Translations under genes and position numbers: made by a program
Shown here: positions 25,662 through 37,241 of the stretch, piece after piece
How positions within the stretch are numbered: position 1 is the stretch's first letter
Layout of the letters: each line of letters begins with the position of its first letter
The notes under the pieces: generated by a model
Told to the model about the DNA's origin: nothing
The model's input: the letters and a program-made list of their open reading frames with translations, nothing else
Databases searched by the model: none
DNA from: Podarcis melisellensis
Lineage: Eukaryota
Strand: one strand, 5' to 3'
NCBI GenBank assembly: GCA_964234715.1
Contig: OZ174278.1
DNA: 64,000 bases

Positions 25662-27043
25662 CCGTATTTTTCGCACCATAGGACGCACCGGACCATAGGG
25701 CGCACCCAGTTTTTTGGGGGGGAAATAAAGGGGAAAAAATTATTTCCCCCCCCCCAGGCGCGGGGCTGGGGCGGGGGAAGCTCGAGCTTCCCCCGACCCC
25801 AGCCCCCAAACAGGCAGCTCTCCGCAAGCAGCGGGAGCGCTCCCGCTGCTTGCGGAGAGGTCCGCGAAGCCTGGACGCGCTGAGCTCAGCGCGCCCAGGC
25901 TTCGGCATGCAGGCACCTCTCCGCAAGCAGCGGGAGCGTTCCCGCTGCTTGCGGAGAGGTCCGCGAAGCCTGGACGCGCTGAGCTCAGCGCGCCCAGGCT
26001 TCGGCATGCAGGCACCTCTCCGCAAGCAGCAGCGGGAGCGTTCCCGCTGCTTGCGGAGAGGTCCGCGAAGCCTGGATGCGCTGAGCTCAGCACGCCCAGG
26101 CTTCGGCACGCAGGCACCTCTCCGCAAGCAGCGGGAGCGTTCCCGCTGCTTGCGGAGAGGTGCGCGAAGCCTGGACGCGCTGAGCTCAGCGCGCCCAGGC
26201 TTCGGCACGCAGGCACCTCTCCGCAAGCAGCAGCGGGAGCGTTCCCGCTGCTTGCGGAGAGGTCCGCGAAGCCTGGACGCGCTGAGCTCAGCGCGCCCAG
26301 GCTTCGGCACGCAGGCACCTCTCCGCAAGCAGCGGGAGCGTTCCCGCTGCTTGCGGAGAGGTCCGCGAAGCCTGGACGCGCTGAGCTCAGCGCGCCCAGG
26401 CTTCGGCACGCAGGCACCTCTCCGCAAGCAGCGGGAGCGTTCCCGCTGCTTGCGGAGAGGTCCGCGAAGCCTGGACGCGCTGAGCTCAGCGCGCCCAGGC
26501 TTCGGCACGCAGGCACCTCTCCGCAAGCAGCGGGAGCGTTCCCGCTGCTTGCGGAGAGGTCCGCGAAGCCTGGACGCGCTGAGCTCAGCGCGCCCAGGCT
26601 TCGGCACGCAGGCACCTCTCCGCAAGCAGCGGGAGCGTTCCCGCTGCTTGCGGAGAGGTCCGCGAAGCCTGGACGCGCTGAGCTCAGCGCGCCCAGGCTT
26701 CGGCATGCAGGCACCTCTCCGCAAGCAGCAGCGGGAGCGTTCCCGCTGCTTGCGGAGAGGTCCGCTGCTTGCGGAGAGGTCCGCGAAGCCTGGACGCGCT
26801 GAGCTCAGCGCGCCCAGGCTTCGGCATGCAGGCAACTCTCCGCAAGCAGTGGGAGCCCAGCGCTGGGCTCCCGCTGCTTGCGGAGAGGTGTGCGAAGCCT
26901 GGAGAGCTGAGGGGTCGGTGCGCACCGACCCCTCTCACTCTCCAGGCTTCAGCGAAAGCCTGCATTCGCACCATAGGACGCACACACATTTCCCCTTCAT
27001 TTTTGGAGGGGAAAAAGTGCGTCCTATGGTGCGAAAAATACGG
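25662..27043. mobile_element. Non-autonomous Tc2-like (Tc1/mariner superfamily) DNA transposon carrying a hairpin tandem array
   Basis: TA|CCGTATTTTTCGCACCATAGGACGCAC ... GTGCGTCCTATGGTGCGAAAAATACGG|TA perfect TIRs with TA TSD. Confidence 0.88.
25818..26890. repeat. ~99-bp tandem repeat, 10 units plus a partial one, each built from two palindromes
   Basis: Unit ctctccgcaagcagcgggagcgttcccgctgcttgcggagag-gtccgc-gaagcctggacgcgctgagctcagcgcgcccaggcttc-ggcacgcaggcac; units start at 25818, 25917, 26016 and so on. Confidence 0.97.
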
Positions 27044-27201
27044 TAAATCTGTTTCTGGGTTATTGTGGAAAAGCAGTGACTTAGCACAGCAGTTCCAAAA
27101 CCTTTCTCCCTACCCAGGAGTTTTGAAAATGGCTGAGGGTCTTGGTAGACCATTTAAGGCCCCCCCTGCATATTGTAGCAATTGTAATGCACTGTGCTAT
27201 A

Positions 27202-27461
27202 CAGTCATACCTTATGTTACGTCCGCTTCATGTTACGTTCTTTCAGGTTACATCCCGCGGTGATCCGGAAGTACCGGAAAGGGTTACTTCCGGGTTTCGC
27301 CACTCGCGCATGTGCAGAAGCGCAAAATGACATCACACGCATGCACAAAAGCGGGGAATCACAACCCGCGCACATGCAGACGCGCCACTGTGGGTTGCGT
27401 TCTTTTCATGTTGCGAACGGGCCTCCGGAACGGATCCCGTTCGCAACCAGCAGTATCACTG
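27202..27461. mobile_element. Tigger-like MITE
   Basis: TA|CAGTCATACCT ... CAGTATCACTG|TA, degenerate TIRs. Confidence 0.7.
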
Positions 27462-27710
27462 TATACTGTATGGTTTCTAACTGCATTTTTATTTTTTGAG
27501 AGAGTTGGACTTGTCCTAAAAAAGTTAATGAACCACTGACAGAGGGCTCTGTCTTCCAGATAAATAGTGACCATCCTTATTTCATACATTGTGATGCATC
27601 AATATATTGTGATGTTGAAAACCAGATATGGCCCGACCCTAGAACCTGGAGGCAGTACTGCAGCAAATTTGCTCAAGAGTACCCATGTATTACTTATATA
27701 TGTTCTAAGG

Positions 27711-27846
27711 CAGGCTTCCTCAACCTCGGCCCTCCAGATGTTTTGAGACTACAATTCCCATCATCCCTGACCACTGGTCCTGCTAGCTAGGGATCATGGG
27801 ATTTATAGGCCAAAAACATCTGGAGGGCCGAAGTTGAGGACGCCTG
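27711..27846. mobile_element. hAT-like foldback MITE; decayed relatives near 24470-24590, 35360-35445, 37495-37620, 47620-47750 and 56035-56140
   Basis: CAGGCTTCCTCAACCTCGGCCCTCCAGATGTTTT ... AAAACATCTGGAGGGCCGAAGTTGAGGACGCCTG long terminal inverted repeat. Confidence 0.7.
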
Positions 27847-29153
27847 TTGTAGGTGGCTAGTAGTTTATTAATGTGCTTCTCCTGAGTTGTTTGTAAACAC
27901 AGAAATTCATATATAACAGCACTTTTTGTAGGGATTATTTTCAAGAGAACAAATCCTCCCTTTCCCCCCAAGGTAGCATTTCTTGCAAGGGAAATATGAC
28001 TGGGATTTTGTAACACAGGAGTGGTAAAAATACTACATATATTTAGGTGTCAGCCTCACATTTAAAAGTGCCATCTGTGCCATGTTGGAAACAAATATTT
28101 ATGTGCCAGATACGAGGGGACCATGGCAACTAGGCCCCTGGGATCTCTCGAGTTTACTGCAGTGCAAATATATGTATTATTATATATTATTATTTAAGAA
28201 AGGGCAAGCAACCAGGGAAAAAGCATTCTGTCTTGAGAGTGAGGTTTGGTAATAGAAATTTAGAATATGGAAAGTGATAATTCCTTATCCAGTTTTAGCT
28301 TGAGCCATAAATCTGGTTCACACAACATGGTGAACCAAACTATGGCTTCCCAAGATTGCACAGACTCCCAGAGAGGAGCTCACAGCTGCTTTGATCCTAC
28401 CCGGTTCTTTTTACAGTTGTGCTGAGCCCAGCCAAGGTAGAGTTGACCTGACCTTGGAATAAGGCAGTTTCACATGAGCAGTTTACACTCAAGGGGGGGG
28501 GGTATCTCTTTGAACAGAAGCAGCTGCTGTGACCTTCCATGAGCAACACTTCTGGCATTATGCTGCTCAACTACCGGTATGTAGGCCATTGGTGTGAGCA
28601 TTTAGTTGCACAGACAAAGCCTGTAAAAAAATGTTCTCACTGGCTCTGACTAGGGTGTTCACTGTTCACAAGCTCTGCTTGTTCCAGCGCACCAACATGT
28701 TTTTCAGTGTCAACCCTTGGGTATATGTCACTTCTGGGAAGCGGCATCCTTTGCCGTGGATTATGCAGATCAGAGGCTTCCTTCATGAGGCTTCATGAAG
28801 CTACTCTTCTAACCACAGGTTCATTTTAAAAAAAGGGAATTTCCATTCAAATACAGGTGCCTATGTATGGTGTATATGTTAGGGTGTATATGTTAGGGGC
28901 TGCCACCCTGGTTGCTTTGCTCACCCACCCTAACCCCCTTGTCCAAACCACCCCTCTTCCCTTTAGAGCCCACCCAAACCAAACTAAGGGTTGCTTCTCT
29001 CTTTCTTGAATCTGTGTTTTTTAACAGCTGTGCAGCATACAGAAATTCTAGAGGTGCAGCATTTGCTAGCGTTGGAATGTGCTTATTGGGAAAGCACACC
29101 TGTAGAATTTCTTAACACCAACCTGTGTTTTTTTTAAGGCAGAGCCACTGGAT

Positions 29154-29161
29154 GGGGGGGG

Positions 29162-29218
<57 letters not shown>

Positions 29219-29240
29219 AGGAGGAGGAGGAGGAGGAAGG
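29154..29240. repeat. G-run / (GA)n / (GGA)n homopurine tract
   Basis: Direct reading. Confidence 0.97.
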
Positions 29241-29548
29241 GAGGAACTGGGTGTGAGGTGTACAAGTTTGAGAGGAAAGTGGCAACCTTCAAGTTACACC
29301 TTCTGACTGGAAACTCAGCATCATAGATACAGGCATGTGTGGCCAGGACATGATTACGATTGCTAGATGGTGAAGGAGAGGAAGAAAATACTGAATATAC
29401 TGCTTAGTTTCAGATGTTCCAAATTTAAGCTTTGCACACTAGAAGCAGATTCTGGACCTAAGTCCTGAATGTGCCGGCTAAATTTATTGCTGTTCATTTA
29501 ATATATTGTGAGCCTCTTTGGACACAGTCTTTCACAAAAGGGGAGCAT

Positions 29549-29583
29549 ACAAACAAACAAACAAACAAACAAACAAACAAACA
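29549..29583. repeat. (AAAC)n microsatellite
   Basis: Direct reading. Confidence 0.95.
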
Positions 29584-30299
29584 GATGATGACAACGATGC
29601 TGTTTCTGAGACTGGGATAGCTAGCTACTCATTGGCACATTTTGCAAGTAAAAGCACTTATTGTGGATTCAATGAATTTTGCATGTTAGGACACTTCCTT
29701 TGGAGTGCAATGCAAAATATATCCATTTTAAGTTTAAATAGCACAAGCACTGTGTGCTTTTTGCAGTTGGTTTTCCTGACGGAAACTGGCAGGTTGTAAC
29801 AAAGTAATCTAAAAGGATTATGTTACAGGTTTGAATATATATCGATTGGGGTTTAGGTACAAAACTTGCATCAGTGGTTGCTGAATGCAGGTGTCATCTT
29901 TGGATTTTGATGGATAACAAATGCTTACAAACACACAAAATTTTCATGGTTGGTATGAAATGCATACCTGCACATATTAGCAGTACTGTACTTTCTGGTG
30001 GGTGTGCAAAGAGTCCCAGGTAAACTAGTTTGGATTACACTTGTTGTATAGTGAGAACTGCAGCCAGTCTGAATATATAACAACACTGTTGTGTTCATCC
30101 CATCATTTGTAAAGTTTTGTGTTTGCTTTAAAATCTGTGGGAGTTTTTCTGTTGACTTTAAAAGGAAGTATGTTTTGTTCAACATGTTTGTGGAAATAAT
30201 GAACATAGCAACCATAAATATATGTACTTACGGCAGGAAACTTCAGGGTGAACAAGGTAACTTAAGGGTGATTTTTTTTTTAGCTGGTTGAATGACCGA

Positions 30300-30865
30300 A
30301 CCCGAAGGTGCCACAGGGTTCTGTCCTGATCCTGTTGTACCTTTTATTTATTAACGACTTGGCGATGGAATTGAGAGGATGCTCATCAAATCTGCTGGTG
30401 ACACCAAACTGGGATGGTTAGCTAATGCTGCAGAAGACAGAATTAGGATTAAATGTGAATTAAACAGAATGGAGAAACGGGCCCAAGCTAGCAAAATGAA
30501 TTTCAATAGGAACAAATTAAGATTCTACACGTAGGCAGGAATAGCCAGCTGCACAAATATAAGATGGGGAACACCTGGCTTGCCAATAGTACATGTGAAA
30601 AGGATCTGGGGTCTGAGTAGATCACAAGCTTAACATGAGTCAACAGCGTGATGCAGCAGCTAAAAAAGTTAATGCTGTTCTAGGCTGCATCAGCAGAAGC
30701 TTAGTGTCCTGATCAAGGGAAGTTGTAGTACCTAGCTCTGTTTTGCCTTAGTCAGACCACACTTGGAGTACTGTGTATACTTCTGGTTGCCACAATTTAA
30801 GGATATTGACAAAGTAGAACATGTGCAGAGGAGGGCAATCAAGATGATCAAGGGTCTGGAAACCT
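30300..30865 (+). mobile_element. CR1 LINE RT fragment
   Basis: Decayed VPQGSVL / FINDL / K.A.DTKLG / EKDLGV..DHKLNMSQQ.DAAAKK.NA.LGCI motifs. Confidence 0.85.
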
Positions 30866-33404
30866 TTTAGTTGAGAAGGTAACGGTTCAAACCACGCTTT
30901 ACAAATATGCTGGATAGATTTGAGAACCAAGAGAGCTGTAGCAATATATTGGATTTGATCATCTTTTCCCCGCTTGCCTCTTTATTATCATTTTCAGAAA
31001 TTCTGTCGGTGAGGGAAATTCAGCACATATCAAACAGCCCCGAGTCTAGGAGTGGGTTCTCATATTAGTTGGATTTCAGATGGAACGGCTCAGGCAGCAG
31101 CAGGAAAAACGCTAATGCTAATTACCTGCTGCACCAAATAGGGCTACTAGGATGTTTTTCGATTGTGAGTGGAGGCTGGAACTGCAGAGGTTCTGCTCAG
31201 TAGGATCATCTTCTGACTGCAATTAGAAGTCTCGAGGTAAGAATGCCTGTTGGGTACAGATAAAAGAATAGGCTAGTAAAGAGCAGGATTTCATATTTGA
31301 TTGCTTTTCATCAGACGATGTCAGTCTCTGTGCTGCTTGGTGTTTTTGCTGAGCAGCCTCATGGCTGCCCAGAATGGCTTACAGAGTATTGCACAGCTAA
31401 CGGCTTGTGCGAAGGGGAGGGAAGCAAAACAGGCACGTCCATTCACTAGTTTCCTGTATTATATAATCCTCCGTAGCCATGTTAGAGATAAGAGAGTGGC
31501 CAGCTGCTTGTTATTAAGACTGCAAATTTGTTATTGTGCCTGGTAGTAATTCAGCCCTTTGGGAGGCTCTGTAGTTCTGAAGTCAAAGAGTCAAACCCAT
31601 GAGAGTCTCTTTTTAGTTCTGGCAGTTCTTTGGTAACACGTTGATCCCGTACTGTATTTCAGATTGTTGGTTTGTCCTTAGCAAGTTGCCTGTACCGATG
31701 ATCTTATAAGAGATCAGTACATTATTGTTATTTCAGGAAAAGCTGGAGTACAGGGATTAATTTTTAAACACGTTGCCCTCCTCCCTCACACCAGAATATT
31801 TCTTCAGCAACAGATGTATTTATTCAATCAGAGCTAATGCTCGCACTAATAATAGACATAGGTATATTTAATTTGACTTGAAGTGTCTGTGATTATAGAA
31901 TTTGAAGCGGTGGGGGGGGGAGTCTTTTAAAATGAGCTTATTTAGAAGTGGAAAGGTTTACTGGGAAGTGACAGCAGGAAATAGATGTAGCCTCCATGCC
32001 CTATTTGAAGAGTGGCTGGCACTGGGAAAGCTGTGTGTGTGTGTGTGTGTGTGTGTGTCCCCACTTGTGTGTGTTTGGGGGCTCTTAATTGTTTCGGCAT
32101 CTTCTCCAGTCGTAATTGCGCTTCAGTGGGAAAATGGGCTCTTTGGGGATATCTGGTGTCCCTTTCCAGAAATCTGTTGATTGCTAAGTCACTGTAGTAG
32201 TTTTATTAACTCCTCGTTCTCTGCGCCAGAAGTTCTCTGCACCTCTCTCTTCCATTTTGGGTCATAATAAGTGAGATTTAGACCCCATCTCCCCTATGAA
32301 TTTAAAACAGTATCATATCAGTTTAAACAGTCATGGCTCAGAATCCTGAAGAATGTACCGTAGTTAAGAGTGCTGAGAGTTGTTAGGAGACCCTTATTCT
32401 CCTCAAAAAGTTACAATTCCCAGAGTGGTTTAACAATCAATCCCTCTTTGCAGGGAACTGTGGGAATCCTAGCTCTCTCTGACTTTGGGATTACCTAGAA
32501 TTACTAAGACCATTAAAAAGCAGGCCAGCATGTCATTTGATTGTAAGCTGTTGTTAGTGCACACACAAACAGCTTTCTAAACTTCCTCTGTCAAGGAGTG
32601 TCGCTTTTAAGAACTCCAATCGTTTAAGTGCTGGTTTCCGTTTTTTTCAGAGAAAATCCAGTAATGGAACAATAATGATTTAGAGCCATTCATCTTAAGG
32701 CTCAAAGAAGAAACACATTTCTACTAATGTCTCCTAGTTTCACAACACTTAAGAAAGTCCTTTTAGTTTCCTGATCTGGTGTAAATTTGGCTTGTATATT
32801 TATGCCTAGATGGGCAATGACACGATTTCTTTCAAGTAGAGAGCAAAAGCAATTTTTCATATTCTAGAGAGCATAGTTACAAGAGTGGCCAGAGCGGATC
32901 ACAGTATAGACAGAGGCAAAATATCGATTGTCTTGGCATTTTGACAAGCCAGGTAGCACTGTCAGAATTTCCATCCCAGGATTGGGTGCATGGTGACTGA
33001 CAGGGTGTGGTTGGCTTGGTATGCTATTGGTATTCAGGCTCCTCTCTAGCATGGGATTCCTGACCACATGACAGCCTCTCTGAGCTCTAGTCTAGAGATA
33101 CTTCCAGAAGTTTACCTGTACTCCTGTGTCTACAGCCCTAGTCATGTGTGGCATGCTAGTTCATTCGTTATGCTTAAGGAGGTGTTAGAGAAGCCTCCTA
33201 TTTTTTAAATCTTACGCAAACCACTCTTGTTTTGTATTTATCAAGCATCTGGAAACACTGGGGGTAACTCTCCTAAGCTTGATTTGTTTAAACCAGCATT
33301 GGTGTCCCAAATGATTTTGCTGCTACTGCTGTAAGTTGATATTAATTAATTTCATACGGGTCTTTGTTTTTGTTCACTGTGTTGTTTGGGTTAGATGTAT
33401 TGAG

Positions 33405-33560
33405 GAAGGCCTGTAGTTCAGTGGGAGAGCATTAGCCCTGCATGCTGAAACTCACAGGTTCAATCCCTGGTGTCTACCAGTAGAGCTGGGAAATGCCTGC
33501 CTGAGACCCTGGAGAGCTTGCTTCAGTTTTCAAGAGCTGGATAAACATGGTCTGATGTGT
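33405..33560 (+). mobile_element. Decayed tRNA-derived SINE (Squam3-like); - strand relatives near 15830-15980 and 43900-44000
   Basis: tgtagttcagtgggagagc A-box ... ggttcaatccc B-box. Confidence 0.6.
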
Positions 33561-33612
33561 TGTGATGTAACACAGCTATTGCATATATTTATATATTTAT
33601 ATACTTATATTT

Positions 33613-33968
33613 GGGACACGGGTGGCGCTGTGGGTCAAACCACAGAGCCTAGGAATTGCTGATTAGAAGGTCGGCGGTTCGAATCCCTGTGACGGGGTGA
33701 GCTCCCGTTGCTCGGTCCCAGCTCCTGCCAACCTAGCAGTTCGAAAGCACATCAAGTGCAAGTAGATAAATAGGTACCGCTCCAGCGGGAAGGTAAACGG
33801 CGTTTCTGTGCGCTGCTCTGGTTCGCCAGAAGCGGCTTAGTCATGCTGGCCGCATGACCCGGAAGCTGTACGCCGGCTCCCTCAGCCAATAAAGCAAGAT
33901 GAGCGCCACGACCCCAGAGTCTGTCACGAATGGACCTAATGGTCAGGGGCCCCTTTACCCTTTACCTT
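33613..33968 (+). mobile_element. Sauria SINE
   Basis: Full length; tatacttatattt duplicated on both sides. Confidence 0.92.
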
Positions 33969-34017
33969 TTATACTTATATTTATATACTTATATTGTGGG
34001 GTCTTTTCCCTTCTCTG

Positions 34018-34067
<50 letters not shown>

Positions 34068-34410
34068 TTTATTATTTATACCCCGCCCATCTGGCTGGGC
34101 TTCCCCAGCAACTCTGGGCGGCTTGCAACAAAATATTAAAATACAGTAATGCATCAAACATTAAAAACTTCCCTAAACAGGGCTGCCTTCAGATGTCTTC
34201 TAAAAGTCTGGTGGTTGTTGTTCTCTTTGACATCTGGTGGGAGGGCGTTCCACAGGGCGGGTGCCACTACCGAGAAGGCCCTCTGCCTGGTTCCCTGTAA
34301 CTTGGCTTCTCGCAGTGAGGGAACCACCAGAAGGCCCTCGGCGCTGGACCTCAGTGTCCGGGTATAACGATGGGGGTGGAGACGCTCCTTAAGATATACT
34401 GGACCGAGGC
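34018..34410 (-). mobile_element. L2-clade LINE 3' end, same family as 12439-12930, with (TTA)n tail
   Basis: Reverse complement of 12570-12930. Confidence 0.9.
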
Positions 34411-35032
34411 TGTCTCTCTCCTCTAGAGGAATCTGGCAGCAGCAACGGGGAAGAACAAAGGTTATACCTCTCCCTTAGCCTCCCAGGTGCTCTGGCTGTT
34501 AATGCTGATCTTAATTTCTTTTGCAGCAGTTCGCCCTCCACATTTTATTTGAGCGCACAAAATAAACTCCCTTAAGATTATTTTCTTTTGCCGTTATTTC
34601 TCCCTAGTGGAGCACGCCCCACATTTTTGTTCAAGAATCAAGTGCTTCTACTCCCGTATGTAGTAATTGGTGAAAATTGCACATATGTAAAAGAAATCAA
34701 ATCCTGATTCTTGAGATGTGCGGAGATCACCACTGGAAGTACTGAAGCATAACATTTTAAGCAATATTTATTATAGTAATATGCCAATCCATTAATGAGG
34801 CAGAAAACATGATTTGCTACTTTGCGTGCAGTCACTGCACAGAAGACGTAACTCTGTTGGTTTTGTTTCCTCAGCAAGTCTTTGTCTCGCCTACTTCAGA
34901 GCACCTTTTAAAGCCAGGGGGATAATGTGAACAGTTGGCACTTGGGTCGGGGTTTGTCTAGTTTCCAGACATGATGAATGCTAATGGCCACTTTTGTTTG
35001 CATAGACCAGGGGTGGGGAACCTGAGGCCTTC

Positions 35033-35034
<2 letters not shown>

Positions 35035-35084
<50 letters not shown>
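35035..35084. repeat. (TTA)n microsatellite
   Basis: Direct reading. Confidence 0.97.
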
Positions 35085-37088
35085 GGAACCTTTCGGGGGA
35101 GCAGAGACAAAAGTGGACCAGATAATGGCAGTCACTTGCCTTTGTGTAGTAGGCTGCATTATGCAACAGTCGGAAGCGCATGTATGTGTGCACCCCATTC
35201 CTCTCCATTCCTGCAGCCAAGAGACATGATCAGGGTTCAGGGACCCGCTCCAGCCAGGCAAAAGCACTCAAGGAAGGTGTAGGCCCACACTGCTGAGAAG
35301 TGTGACCCATTGAAGGGATATAGGATAGGACAGGGATACCAGTTGCTATTGAACTGCAACCCCCATCAGCCAGCACGGCCAATGGCCAGGTGTGATGGGA
35401 GTTGCAGATGAATGACATCTGGAGGGCACCAGGTTGACTAACCCTGGATTAGGGAGCGTGTCCCAAGGACAACATGGAGGAAATGAGGACCCAGGCCTGA
35501 GGTGTTGTCCCACCACATGCCTCTTAAAAAAGGGGTGGTGCAGATTAATGTCTAGTTCAAATCTCATCTCCAGTATAAACACACAAGGTGTTTATACACT
35601 ATAAACTCACAAGACATATAAATACACTGGCAGGCCACTATTTCTCATCTCTAGAAGGAAGGTATAAGAATAATGTGTGCAATTTGTGTTCAAGCACTTG
35701 CAGTGCAAAATAGAAAAACTCAGTGGTTTTCTTTTTAAAATAGAGTATAGCCATAAGAATATTCAGTGGACTGTGTTAGGAGTTTAACTGGAAAGCAAGC
35801 ATCAGTGGGAATTCTGGAAGCTGGGAAAAGAGTACAGAGCTTGGCCCTATGTCTTTCCCCTTAAACTTCCTACTTTTTGCAAGTCAGTGCCCACAAGCAT
35901 TCTTGTGGCTTTAAGAACTTGCTCATGTAAGGGTCACTGCACTTCTCTCAGGTCATTGATGAGGCTGTGGCTCAGCCTTCAAAAAGAGTTGATTGGGTAG
36001 AGTGAGGAGCCAGGAATGAGAGATAGTTACCTAGGCAACCAGTATATCAGTCAGGTATCCTTATTCCTGCATGGACACTTCCTGCTACTTGTGGACTCTC
36101 CCTCAGCCATTTCCTACCCCCACACAGAGAAGCAGTCTGTGGCAGCACTGGGATCAGTGATGTGTGTTTTATGGGGGGTGGGGGAACAACCACGCAAATT
36201 AGGATTATTTGCATTGGAAATTTTTCTGTTTCCCTGGAGAGTGATCTAGTCTAGCATGTTTATTTTGTATTTGGTAAACAAAGCAACAACATAAAACTTT
36301 GCAAAGCTTGCTTAACATTGTTTCTTCAATCAGCACCTATTCATTGTTGCTAATGAAGCGATGAAATGGCAAAAAAATTAAAAATGTCCAAGATAAAATA
36401 AGTTGCTAGAAAATGCTCTGGCTCACATCTTTGACTGGGGTCATGGCTGAGACTCGTGATCTTCTAGAACTTTTATAGATTTGATCTTAGCAGCTCCAGA
36501 ACTTGATGCCTGCCCCTATGGAATAAGAAAGACAACTTTGTGATAGGGATGCAAGCAAGGTTTAGCCCAGTGCTGTACTGTATTTGGGGACAGAAGTCTT
36601 TAACAAAGATCTCTTCACAGTTGAGATCTGATTATTGGATGGACCTCAGAATAGATGTTGCACCATTCTTTAAAGCACGGGATTTTATTGGTTGGGGAGA
36701 AGTTTCATTGTTGAACATTCACTCATCTGTCATTCTGATTACTCTGAGATAATAAAGAACATAAATCCAAGTTAGCTCCATTTTTCTTTCAGTTCCTACT
36801 TTCTCCATGCGTGCAAAAGATCCATTTCAGTATTTGGTTTTAAAAGCCCTGAAAGACAGGAGCTATATTGGATAATACAGGGTAAAGTCACTATCATGAC
36901 CTCAGGGTCCCACTGTGGAACTGGAGGAAGAATCAGAGAGAACTGTGCTGGAAACTCCAGCACAGAAGGCCATTCTGCCAAAACCTTCCAGGCCCAAGGA
37001 GGTCACATTGCCACCCCTCTGCCTTTGAGGACTCCCGGTCTCAGAAGCTGCATCAAAGCTATCTTGCCCATGTCATAGGATTCAAAAC

Positions 37089-37241
37089 ATACTCACCTGG
37101 CAGTGGAAAATACATTGTTCATGAAGGAAGTTTTCCCAGGGGAAGGCTCATCCATTGCAATTTGGTGTGCTGGTCCTTGCAGTTTCCTCAAATGTGGGGA
37201 AACTTTGTGGCAGTGCAGGATTGTGTTTGTGTTTTCCCCTG
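37089..37241 (+). pseudogene. U1 snRNA pseudogene
   Basis: ATACTCACCTGGCAG...TTTTCCCAGGG..AGGCT.ATCCATTGCA...AAATGTGGG..AAC..TTTGTGG.AGTG...TTTCCCCTG is collinear with U1 but has many substitutions and a deletion before the Sm site. Confidence 0.9.

Noticed and set aside
25818-26890. CRISPR-like appearance (regular palindromic repeats); same for 59451-60644
   Set aside because: No unique spacers, no cas genes, vertebrate context
25612-27046. ORFs of 324-437 aa on both strands
   Set aside because: By-products of a GC-rich palindromic 99-bp (33-codon) repeat; no domain, splice or codon evidence
33405-33490. tRNA gene
   Set aside because: A/B boxes are present but the cloverleaf is broken and the sequence continues into a SINE body
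37089-37241. Functional U1 snRNA gene
   Set aside because: Heavy divergence, deletion next to the Sm site, no recognisable PSE
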